This document shows positions 11,880-23,591 of a DNA stretch of 64,000 bases, piece after piece; the first letter of the stretch is position 1; each line of letters opens with the position of its first letter. The DNA is taken from the NCBI GenBank assembly GCA_951406725.2, contig OX597824.1:54312001-54376000 (forward strand), read 5' to 3'. This DNA is from Octopus vulgaris (Eukaryota). Below the pieces are notes generated by a model, which saw nothing but the letters and a program-made list of their open reading frames with translations, was not told where the DNA came from and searched no databases. The position numbers were made by a program, and so were the translations under genes.

Positions 11880-12830
11880 TGAGGAGAGATGGCTTAGTCT
11901 TCAGGGAAAAATATGTTTTATTCAGACCTAAGCAGGGCTGAGGAGGAGCTCGTGTGAGCAGTAAAAGTGATAGACAAGTGCTTGAGGAAGAAAAGTTTCA
12001 CAGAGGCGACAGAGGTTGCAAGAAGAGAAATTATGAAAAATATGGAAGAAAAGAAGATAGTTTACAAAGTATATTCAGTAAAAGAAAAAAGGATTGAAAA
12101 TGAACAAACAGAAATGATAGAAAGGGCACTGAGGCCAATCTGGCAAGATATGTTATATCTTGCCTGAGGAAGCTAAGGCACGCTAGATGTGCACTTCAGA
12201 AGCAAGGAAAAGCTAAGGAACATGCAGTGAACCCATTGAAGACAGAGAGGGTGATCCTCCTACCCACATACCTTGGAAGAAGGACTTCCGGGGTCAGGGT
12301 GAAGGGAATCCCCCCTGAAATAGACATGGCTTAGGTGGCAACATCTGTGCTTCTAGGAAGTGAAAAAGAAGTAACCATGCTCCAAGCCACAGAGACAGAG
12401 GCCACCAACTGGAGAGGAAATGTGCGGGACATCATAATACGGTGAAAATGGTAACAATAGAAGCGGTGCTCAGAGTTTGGGTAGAGGGCAGAATCCCTCA
12501 TTGCTTTAAATGTGGCCAAAAGGGCCACATTAGAGCGCACTGCCCTCTAAAAAACAATAAGGAAATTCAAGAGGAAGTCAAGAAAGAGCCGGAGAGAGTG
12601 CTAAAAAATAACAGAAGTGAACAAGGAAGAAAGGTGGAAGGTGGCTGAAGGAAGAAAGCAGAGAAAGAGGAAGAAAGTCAGTGTGAACTCCCAACCCACC
12701 CCCATCCCACCCATACCTTCTCAACTCTACTCTCCCCCCGCAGACACCAAATCCACCCATTCTCCGCCAACACAAAACAAAAGAAAAAAGAAGCACAGAC
12801 ACACAAAAAACTACAAACCTCCCCTCCCAC
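11880..12830 (+). mobile_element. Degenerate ORF1 (gag-like, CCHC zinc knuckle) of a Tx1/L1-type LINE
   Basis: Knuckle CFKCGQKGHIRAHC. The segment KKIVYKVYS..IERALRPIW resembles KKTIIYKIIN..IEKCLCPIW in the ORF1 at 21833-22507. Confidence 0.7.
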
Positions 12831-12887
12831 TTGTTATGCTTGCAGTTTGTATAAAGGTGTGGATTTGGATTTAATAGACAAATTGAG

Positions 12888-14850
12888 ATGGAAGGACACA
12901 AAACATTAGAGGCAGTTTGGAGGATTCTAGGGTTCAAATTACATGGTTCACATCCTGCAGTCCAACAGCTTACAGTTAATTTACCCCAACAGCAATACAT
13001 TTACAAGATGATATTGAACATGTTATTCATACACATGACAGGTCTACTCTCACTGAATGGATGCAAGTTAACCAGGAATTGTCAGCTAACTCATTTGCAT
13101 GTACATTACACTATACTGATTTTCCTGAATTTTATACATGGAATAATAGTGAGAAAATATGACATCTCAGAAAAAATAATACACACTCAATTGGGCGTTT
13201 CTGCTTTGTTTCATCAAAGGAACAGAAGTGATTCTGAGAGCTTTACTATATCATATTCCCAGAGCTACATCATTTGAATATATGAGGACTATGAATGGTG
13301 TAGTTTGCTATAGTTACAAAGAAGCTGCAATGAAACTGGGTTTAGCACATGATGACCATGAATACTATCAGACTATGGAGTTTTCAAATATTTCAGCAAC
13401 TCCATATCAGACGCAAAGACTTTTCTGCTTCATTCTTAATTACTGCAACCTTGCAGAACTCAACAAATTATTTACAGCATTTGAAAAGAAACTTTCAGAA
13501 GAGGAAATGACTGCTTTAGAAGTAGAAGATATCAATGATAGCATACAACAACATACATTACAAAAAATTGAACTTATTTTCAAAGAAAATGGTTCAACAT
13601 TAAACAATTTCCCACCGCTGAGTACATCAAACATGAATATTTTCAACATTAGTACAGGTAATCCATTCATTCTGCAAGATCTTAGAAATTTTCCACAGGT
13701 TGAACAAAAGAGTTTCTTCAATGAAAATGTCAAAAAATTAGATTGTGGTCAACAGGCAGCATTCCAGATCATTAAAGAGACAATTCGCAATTCAAAAGCA
13801 GATATTCACAGTCACAAGATTCTCACTGCTAAAACTTTCTTTATTAATGGACAGATGAGTCAGGTAAAACTTTTCTCTATGGTATCATTCTTTCCCATGT
13901 CCACAGAGAAGGAAAGATTGCAATAGCAACTGCGTCATCTGCTAAACCTGCATTGCTACTTACTGGGGGTACTACAGCTGATTCCGTTTTCTGCCTTCCT
14001 TGCAATCCTTTTAATGTTATCACATGTAATGTATCCATACATGTAAAAAAATTCAGCTGACTGAAAATATATGATTAAAATCATATACACAGAATTTAGA
14101 AGATCAAAACAACCAAATTCAGTACATCAACTTCAGGTATGAAATGGTTCTGTAGTAGAAGAAGCAAATGGTGAAATTATCATGCCACAGGGATGTAATA
14201 TTGTTCATGGTTTTAACAACCTCATTTGTTTTTCAATAAAAATGTCATACAGGAATGCATTGCAGAACCAGAAAGAATTTCAAAATTTGTTGTTTTAGCA
14301 CCCAGAAATGTTGATTTTGATCTCATCAATGAGGAAATAATAAAACTATTTTCAGGTGATGAAAAGGTTCTCTTTAGTCATGATGACCCATCAGAATTCA
14401 CTACAGAGTACTTAAATAGACTAAATATTTCAGGCTCACCATCACACATATTAAAATTGAAAAACAATACAGTAATTATTCTCTCACGAAGCTAATGGCA
14501 TGTATAGTGGTACACGCTTAGTTATTCAAGAGATTCAAGAAAAAAATCATGAAGGCAAAAATTATAACAAAAAAACTGTATTTATACCAAGAGTTACCCT
14601 TTCTTGAGTAGGTGAAGAGGTCCCATTTACATTTATTAGACAACTGTTTCCTATTAGGTTAGCAATGGCAATGACAATTAATAAATCACAAGGACAAACA
14701 TTTGAAAAAAATTGGTTTATATTTACCAAAGCCTGATTTACACATGGACAACTATATGTTGCCTTTTCTAGAGTGTCTACAGGGTTTCCAGGATTATATA
14801 TATATATATATATATACCAAAGGACAAACACACAACAAAGAATGATGTTT
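12888..14850 (+). pseudogene. Helitron Rep/PIF1-helicase (RepHel) pseudogene fragment
   Basis: Motifs across frameshifts: EAVWRILGFKLHGSHPAVQQLTVNLP, LLYHIPRATSFEYMRT..SYKEAA, VLAPRN, EYLNRLNISGSPSHILKLK, RQLFPIRLAMAMTINKSQGQT, HGQLYVAFSRV. Confidence 0.9.
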
Positions 14851-17434
14851 ACAAGAAAGCGTTCATTTAGAAAGACTACTGATAATGAAACTATCAATAG
14901 AGATTACAGCTGTACACAACAGCAAACCATATTTATCTACTCATCAGACTCTGCATCATTTACACACGCACATTACAGAATATGGAAACAACAAAACAAT
15001 TATTTAAAAAACACAAAGTGAATTTGAGGTTTGAAAGTAGTTTAGCTTATTGTAAGCTGCTATAACACAAGTTTGAGTATAAAATACACAAACATGTTGG
15101 GTATATAAACCTCTAGAGATAGGGAAAATGTAACAGTCACCAGTAAGAATTGGACTTGTATGTACCATTTCCTGGACAATTTAACATATTACAAAGTGAC
15201 AAGCATTAATACCATTTTAAGACTACCATACAAATATAGCTAAAGGATTAGAATATCAATTACCATGAATTATAAATTTCATTGTAGGGTATATACATAT
15301 ATTCTTTATTTATCATGTCTTATTACTTATATATTTTTCTTATTTTCCACCAATTTAAACATTAGCCTACACGAATTCTTTTTTTGTACACATCATCAGT
15401 GACAAGGTATTTCAAAAATTACTATGCACATCTTTATTATACTACTAAATTAACCACCAACTATTTATATACAGAATAGAAACTAAGAGACATGGTGTTA
15501 ATACTAATGCCACCATACATTTGTAACAGAAAGGATTAATGGATCAAGGACCACAGATTTCATCATTTCATAATTATTCTTCATTCCTTCCATATTGATT
15601 CTAATTTCAAATATATTTCCGCAATTCACCATTTTATATGTAAGAATCTGCAGTCAACATTTTCATTTTCTCATCCATGTTCACAAATAACCATTCTTTT
15701 CAGGTAGTACAAACAAAAGAATCAAGACACATTCAAGGACAACTATTCTTTCAGAAATGTTTTCATTTCCTAATAATTTAGCCCAATTAATACAATGTCA
15801 AATGTACAGTCAAGAACAATTAACTTTCTACTAAGAATGGACCGGATTACAGATATTTTGAATATAATTGTTCTTCGTTCATTGCACATTGAATGATACA
15901 TCCATATTTTTCTGCTTATTAAAATACTACCAACTTTATTTATTCCATATTCCTGTACAACAAAATACTAATGTCTTACACGTTGCTGCCAAGAATAACA
16001 GATGAGGTTTCTATCATAACATAGACATTTATTCAAGTAAGTATTCTTCACTACTTACATTTCCATAGGCAACACAAAACATATATATAATTCTCCTAAA
16101 TGACATTACAGACAGATGTAGGATAGAAGAACAATTTCATTGATAAAGTTAATTTTTCAACTTTTCTATCTACATCTATAATGTCACCTTTCCTTCATTT
16201 ATTGCCCTTACAGAAATATAGACAAATTATACATAAAATACTGGATGATGCAGTAAATACAACACCCAGCAAATACACCACGAAACCATCAATAAAATCA
16301 GAAACACATTATAACATATGAACTATATATCAATTCAGGAATAATGAATAACAAAAATCCACACAAAATTTATTCAGATAAATATATAACTTTGTTTTCC
16401 CTCATTTCAAATTCAGTTATCCATTTATTAGCTCTTTCAGATGGTAAACCAATAAGTAGCAACTATCATAAACACCAGCTAAAATTACTTATGATCAACT
16501 ACAGACAGTTACTCACTCATGTAAATACCTTTCATCTCTTTTAAGTCAATTATGATTTCTTAAATTCTTACATATCATTTCTACAATTCCATTAATTCAT
16601 TACCCTTCTTTCCTTAACAGTCAATGACACTTATAAGTAGTAAATACATATTTCATAATTTACTCAAAGAAAAATAATGCATATTAATACAAGTTATTTA
16701 GTGGCAACAATCTGAATACATAAACCAGTGATGGAACAAAGAATATAACAACTGCCACACATATTTTTACACTTGATTAATTTTTTCCAAATCCTTTTCA
16801 CACTTCATTTCCATTCAAAATATTACATTGAAATGTTATAAAATGTTCACCAACATTCATTAACTGTTGAAGACAGTGTATGCATACTTCTTAAAAATAT
16901 CAATATCCTCCAGTGCAGTAAATATATACACCACGGAATCTGGCTTAGGTGGGATCTTTATCCTTTTATATATAAATATATATGTGTATATATATCTAGT
17001 GGGAGAAATTGATTGGTAAACATTATTATGAAATGTCGGAGTCAGCAGTTGTAACGATAAAAAATTGTCGTTATAGTTACATACTGTAGGATGTGAAAGC
17101 TGAACAATACATAAAGTTTTAAGGAAGTATTTATTTACTATTACATTACAAATACCTTGCCTCGACGGGCAGGTTATGATAAATCCAAAAGCATGCGAAG
17201 TAAAGTTTGTGTTTGTGTCCTCTTCATTGTTTAGTAGTAAATACAGAGAGGTAGAATGATGTTGTAAGAGAACAGAATTAGAGCTAGTAAGAGTTGTAGG
17301 GTGCGGGACGTTGTCTCACAGTTGCTGACAGTAAACTTCATTTCTCCCTCTGACCAATGATCTAGCTGGTCAGCCTGACTTCGCTGAGTCGTCACCATGT
17401 GACTGGACTCGTTGAATCGTCACCGACTGTGAAT

Positions 17435-17469
17435 AACTGATTTTTGCTTGGGATGTGCTTGTTTTTATA
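17435..17469 (-). promoter_or_regulatory. TATA + initiator core promoter
   Basis: TATAAAA (17469-17463) starts 31 nt upstream of the A of TCAGTT (17438), which is canonical spacing. Confidence 0.6.
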
Positions 17470-17598
17470 ACTATCCAGAAGGATAGACATATCATCGAGA
17501 ACAATAGATTCAGTTGGTGGTCTTGTTATCTCTATTCTATCTTTTGGTGAAGTAGAAGAGGTTAGAAGGGGTTAAGTGGTGAAGAGATTATTTCGGCC

Positions 17599-17989
17599 GG
17601 ATCTTTTCGGTTTCAACGGCAGTTTTTTCTAGCAGTGTCATATGAAATTGTCACCCATAATTATGACCCTAGTATCGATCTATTGCATTTCAATCTATTT
17701 TAGAGTTAGGGTTAGGGGTGGGGAAAGGGTATCTTTTTTTCTTCAGTAATGTAAATAAACCCAATCTGTTTCTTAAACAAGGGACATTTTCATACGGCAC
17801 AGAATGTTTTCACCTCAATAGACGTCATTGATTGGTTGAAACAACAAATATCTTACAAACCATAGAATTTTCTCAATAAAGCCAAGAGAAAAAGATGCTT
17901 TATAAACACATTCTACCAGTATACGAAGTTTAAAAGTGTTTAGTTATGTGGAAATTATTTTTAAAACTGCCATTCAAATGAAAAGAGCC
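17599..17989. mobile_element. Merlin-like MITE with 8-bp TSD
   Basis: TIRs GGATCTTTTCGGTTTCAACGGCAGTTTT / AAAACTGCCATTCAAATGAAAAGAGCC. TTTCGGCC is duplicated at 17591-17598 and 17990-17997. GG termini plus an 8-bp TSD fit Merlin. Confidence 0.8.
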
Positions 17990-18489
17990 TTTCGGCCTAG
18001 CTAAAGGCATATGAAAAATGTAAAACTGTTGTCAGAGAAAAACCATTGTTCCGCCATGGGAAAAGTTCTGTTGCAGTGTTAATTTAAATTTGGCTATGGT
18101 GGATCGAATCCATTTCATGAATGCAGGATCCACTACGTATATGTGTGTGTGTGTATGTGTGTGTATATGTATATACTACTTATTTATTTATCTTATATTC
18201 TGTTAACTTTGCAACTTTTTAAGCAAAAAAATCTCCCAGAACAGTCAGACATCCATAGAGATACAGAAAAAATAATTTTGTGGTGCAAAAACTGTATTTA
18301 CTTATCTTATATATTGTTATTAATGTTTACCAGAAAAAAAATCAGTGTTCATCGAATAAAAATGAAAATGTTGTTGAGAGAGGGAGAGAGGGTAAAAGAA
18401 ACAGAGAGAGTGAGTGAAAGAGACAGAGAGAGTGAGTGAAAGAGCGAGAGAGAGAGAGAGTGTGTGTGTGTGTGTGCATCTGTAGATAG

Positions 18490-21400
18490 ATAACTTTCTT
18501 TATTGGCCACACAGGGCTGAATACAGAGGGGACAAATACAAATGTAGACCATTTCTTTTCGAAGATGGAAAAAGAAAAAAGGAAATAAATGTAAAATTCC
18601 AATCAAAAGGGATCGGGGTAAAAAAGGAATCGTGTATAAAAGAAATAAATTTTTTTAAAAACATTAAGAAACAAGATTGGGTTCATCTGTGGGACGAAAA
18701 GACCACGGTAACCTCAGTCAGGGAGGAAATAAACACATGAGAGCAAAATGCTCTCTCTCTTTTATGATTTACAGGATCATGCTCAAAGTGGTTTCATTAC
18801 TCACACGCACCATCTTTGCTACATTCACCCACCTTTTTTTTAAGCTTTCACGAGACAAAACCTGCCTCTCCATTCTCACCTTCCTTTTCAAGTGGTACTT
18901 GAAATAGTTGATGAGCGGTTGGCCAGAGAGGTAAGTGTTTGTCTCTAATCTTTTTGCTCAGGTCCACTACACACATTCTTTCACCATGACCACCAGTACG
19001 ATAAAAACTGCCTTGCCTTCCCAGTTGAGGGAAGGAGGCGGAGCAATTTTCACGATAGACTCGGTCGACAGGCGGACTCGTCCCACACATGACAGCAGCC
19101 GTTCAGCATAAGCCCACAGGTCTGAAATAGTTGGACACTGTACGAGTGCATGCAGAATGGGTTCGTCTCTCTGACTGCATCTTGGGCAAGTCAGTCCAGT
19201 GTGTCTCAAACCGTGTCTGTAGAGCTTATCCCGAACAGGTAATGCTTCTCGATAGCACTGCCAGGCCAGGGATCTTTGGTGATTGTCCATAGGTCCCGGC
19301 CCGAAAGTTGTCCTGAACAGGCGGGTCAAGTGTTCGTCGTCGACGCCCAGATTCTGCCTGAGAACATCGTCGCACCTTCCCTCCACTAATCCTCCATAGA
19401 ATGCCTTTGTTATGATGAAGTCGCACAAGTTTGATCCCGGACGGCAGAGTTGCTTGAGAGCAACGTGACACTCGCGGTGCCGTTCGCCTAGCCTCGGTCT
19501 AGTTCAGCCAAGGAGACGAGCTGCGGGAAAGCACGCCGCACAAAAGTCAACCACACCTGTTCACCGTCGTCTATGAAGCGCCGGAGATGTCGCACTCTCA
19601 GTGAATGTCTGCGCATCATCAACCGCGGCATGCCTAGCCCTCAATTTAGCGGGTGTTGACAGCAAATGGATCGCCTAACCATTGGAACACTTCCCTTCCA
19701 CAGGAAGCGGAAGGGTATGCATTCCAGTTTGGTGATGGTAGGGTCAGGACAAGGCACGACGGTCAGACAGTACTCGATGAAGGATGCGATGTACGTGTTT
19801 GCCACCTCCACCTGACCTATTAGTGATAGCTTCCTCTCAGCCCATTGTTGGGTGAGAGTGGCCACCCTAGTTGTTATTTCGCCCCAGTTCTTCTCCATTT
19901 GGAGGTCCGGACCGAACCAGACTCCGAGCAATTTAACCTGTCTGTCGGTCCAGTGCTCCACGATGGAAACGCTGTTGGACGGCATGGACCTTGCTTCTCC
20001 AGGTGCTGAGCCGCAAGCCCACTGACTTTTCCCGGTTAATTTTTGCACCCATTACCGCTTCGTATTCTTTTAGTGTCTCGCCAACCAGGTCGATGTGCCT
20101 GTAGATCGACACTATGACGGTGACGTCATCCGCGTATGCAGACACGCTGCTCCCGCATCCCAGCTCTCGTGGGATGCCCTCAGCGTAGCCAGTTTCCGCA
20201 GTAGTGGCTCAAGAGTCAATACATACAGAAGCGATGAGAGGGGGCATCCTTGACAAACCGAACGCATGTTAAAAGGTCTGGATAGATGACCATTTACACG
20301 AACTACCAAGTGGATGCCGCTGTATAAGGCAGCGATCCAACCGCGGAAGACGGGACTGAAACCAGCCGCTTTAAGGACAGCCTCCAAGTAGTGATGGTCT
20401 ACTCTAACAAAAGCTTTTGATTGATCCAAATTGATAAGCGCCCCACCCATGCCAGGATCCTTGACTACCCCGTCTATGATGTAGCGCATCAGATGGAGGT
20501 TGTTATGGATACTCCTACCCAGCACGGCGCACGTTTGCACCTTGTCGACTAGTTTCTCGATGACAACACCTTGTCCAAAATTTTCAAATCTGCGTTGAGC
20601 AGAGTGATGGGCCTGAAATTATCTATGACGTCCCCCTTGTTTGGATCTTTCTTAAGCAGTGCTACTGCTCCTCGCTTCACAAAGGCGGGGATACTCCTGT
20701 TTTGCTGCCAGTTGCAGTAGACAGCTGCCAAGATGCCTCCAAACAAGTCTAGCATATGACAATAAAGTTCGTAGGGCAGACCATCCAATCCTGGTGACTT
20801 GTCTCTCGCGCAGCCTGCACGTCCGCGGGTGTGATGGGCTTTTCACAACACTCTGCCTCTCTTGCTGAGAGTCATGGCAAGGCATGAGGTAGGCACTAAA
20901 GTCCACTCTGCGTTCTGACCCACCACTTGTCCCAAACAGTTGGGTAAAGTGTTGTTGAAAAGCCTCACACATCCTTTCAGGCTCAAGCAATTTGTGCCCC
21001 TGTTCATCTGTAAATAACCTGATGGTGGCTCTGTTACCTCGATGCATCTCCAACTCCTTCGTTCTTCAGAGCATGCATCTTAGCTCTGATACCACATACT
21101 TTGTGTTTGGCGTTGAGGTGTTGGTCGAGGGCTAACCTCGCTGCCAGTTCTAAGTGCCTCTTCTAAATTCTTAACTAAGTCTCCCTCTATTCTCTTTCGG
21201 TCTAATGCTAGAGCCTTACTGTACCTGACTGATTCTGCTTTAATTGCTTTCTTTAGAGCATACCACCATTTATTGTTGATGATGGCACCAGTCAATGCTC
21301 TCTTAACTAATGTGCTAATCAAGCCTGTTGTACCGTGAAAGACGCGTTCAGCTTCCAGTAACCATGACCCTGCCTACGTGTCTTATCTAAGTTAAGTGTA

Positions 21401-22914
21401 CAAGTCACAAATTTGTGGTCTGTGTAGCTGACTATATGGAACTGTGGACAACCTACACTATTTTTATCTACTGTCCTACAGAATACTCTAAGTACGATCT
21501 GGACGACCCGATGCGGTTACTCCATGTCCACATTGGCACATTCGGGTGGTCCAGTTGGTACCTATCTGACAGTTGGAAACGTCTGAGCAGGTCTTTGAGG
21601 CATTTGCATCCCCTCCTATTACTATCTCTGCACAGGTAGTCTAGATGCGTGTCCACTAAAAGTAAAGGTCGAGACGTTCCCATGAAAACCTCTAGATGTC
21701 GAAAGAAATTTGGTCAGCCTGTTAAGGACGGTGCATAGACTGTTATCAGTCAAAAAGTACACTCATTGCTGCCATCGACAATTTGTGGTCCTCTGATAGA
21801 TGTATATGGGTGGGTATTTTGTTAATGGCGTCTTAGTTTATGTGGAGAAGAATTTCTAGTCTCTTTCCCACCCAGTTTTTGTGTTCACAGATGGCGATCT
21901 GTAGGATATTTATGTCCTCCACTTCGACACATATGGCCGATGTTACCCATAGTGTGTCTGCTATTTGAGGAACATTGTTGATTATGACCTTTGTTACCCT
22001 CTGTCCAAGCTGGCTGGGTATCATTATGAGCTCATCTGAATGAAGAGTTAGCATTGAGAATTGTTTTGCTAACTCTTCATTTTGAAAAACTACTTGTACG
22101 TGGGCAAACTTGATCCACCAAGTCACATACTCTTTGTATCCCCAGATAGGGCATAGGCATTTTTCAATTTTGTCTGTGTTTGCCTTTTCTGGACTCTTTG
22201 TTGTGCTGTTTATTATTTTATATATAATTGTTTTCTTTTTTTCGTCATCCAGTACGTGTTGTGGTATATTTAGTTGCACTTTGCCATTTTCTTTGATGAT
22301 TAATGCTTTAGTATCTTTTATTTGCTGTGCAGTAAACGATACTATTGTCTTTTTTTCTTTTATTGCCTCGGCAAAGTTTGTTGTTGTTTTGTTATTGTTG
22401 TTGCTGGTGGTGGTGTTGATGGCAGTTGGTATATTTGGTGTATGGTTGTTGATTATGCAACTAGGAAGGGGTGGAAAATTGTTTATATAATTTGCCCCTT
22501 TGAGCAAATTTCGGCAATTCGTTTGGTGGTCGCGGCTTTTTCTTTCTCTCTTGTTGGTGGTGGAGGAAGCAAAGGCTGAAGGGAATTGCTCTTGGTGGCG
22601 GCGGTGGTGTCAATGGCAGAGGTGGCAGCCGTAGCAGCAGATATTGAAGTGGTGGCGTTATTGTTGTTGTTGTTAATGGTTGTAGTGGCAGTGGAGGTGG
22701 TAGATGTGGCAGTTTTGGTGGTGGTGGTTATGACAGGGCTATCAAGGGTTGTAGGAATATCCTTGTTGTTGACAGCAATGTCCCTTTCAAACTTTGTTCT
22801 TGACTTCATGCTATTCAGCAAATCGTCCATTCTCTCTTCTGTCATTCCCAGACTGGGAAAATTCTCGTCAGAGAAATGTGACGAATACTGCTCAACAATT
22901 AAATTTCTCGACAT
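18490..22914 (-). mobile_element. Tx1/L1-clade LINE, near full length but degenerate (ORF1 + APE-RT ORF2)
   Basis: ORF1 pieces at 21833-22914. Endonuclease remnant (VPMWTWSN..SSRSYL). RT motifs NFRPITLLNADLK, LDQSKAF, QGCPLS and SAYADDVT. C-terminal CPRC..H..C. AATAAA near 18500. Confidence 0.9.
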
Positions 22915-23493
22915 TTTTATTATCGAGAAATAAATTTTAATTATAAAAAGGTGATGATTATAAAAAGGTGTTGATTATGACCTTTGTTACCCTCTGTCCA
23001 AGCTGACTGGGTATCATTATGAGCTCGTCTGAATGAAGAGTTAGCGGTGAGAATTGTTTTGCTAACTCTTCATTTTGAAAAACTACCTGTACGTGGGCAA
23101 ACTTGTTCCACCAAGTCACATACTCTTTGTATCCCCAGATAGGGTGTAGGCCCTTTTTCAATTTTGCCCCTAGGGGCGAATTCCACACTTTAAAATACCC
23201 AAATGAAAGTTGGGTGCTTCAAAACTTCAAAAACTTCGAAAGAAAAAATGTAAACAAAATGTTAAGATGATACGCTTATACGTTAGACGAAACGCTTCAG
23301 CGACATATGTAAAAATTTGGAGAAGCAAAATTTTGATATGAAAAAAGGGCTGAAATCGCCCCTAGGGGCAAATTCCCCTCGGAAAACACACCCAGACAAA
23401 AGCTGGGTGTCTTACACACCTCGTGTGCGAAAATTTGAAATAAAACAATAATAAAGGCGATTAACTTACGAGCCGATCCAACAACTCTATCGA

Positions 23494-23495
<2 letters not shown>

Positions 23496-23586
<91 letters not shown>
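23496..23586. repeat. (TA)n(GA)n microsatellite
   Basis: Read directly from the sequence. It abuts the 3' end of the LINE starting at 23587. Confidence 0.95.

Positions 23587-23591
<5 letters not shown>

Larger units (their letters stand above)
16995..18137 (-). mobile_element. Probable solo LTR (~740 bp excluding the nested MITE)
   Basis: Termini TCTAGTGG..CCACTACG resemble a decayed TGTAGTGG..CCACTACA and are flanked by TATA on both sides. The minus strand carries TATA box, Inr and AATAAA (17130-17135) in U3-R-U5 order. Confidence 0.5.

Noticed and set aside
22110-22933. Hydrophobic membrane-protein-like ORFs on the + strand
   Set aside because: They are antisense shadows of the Thr/Asn/Lys-rich LINE ORF1.
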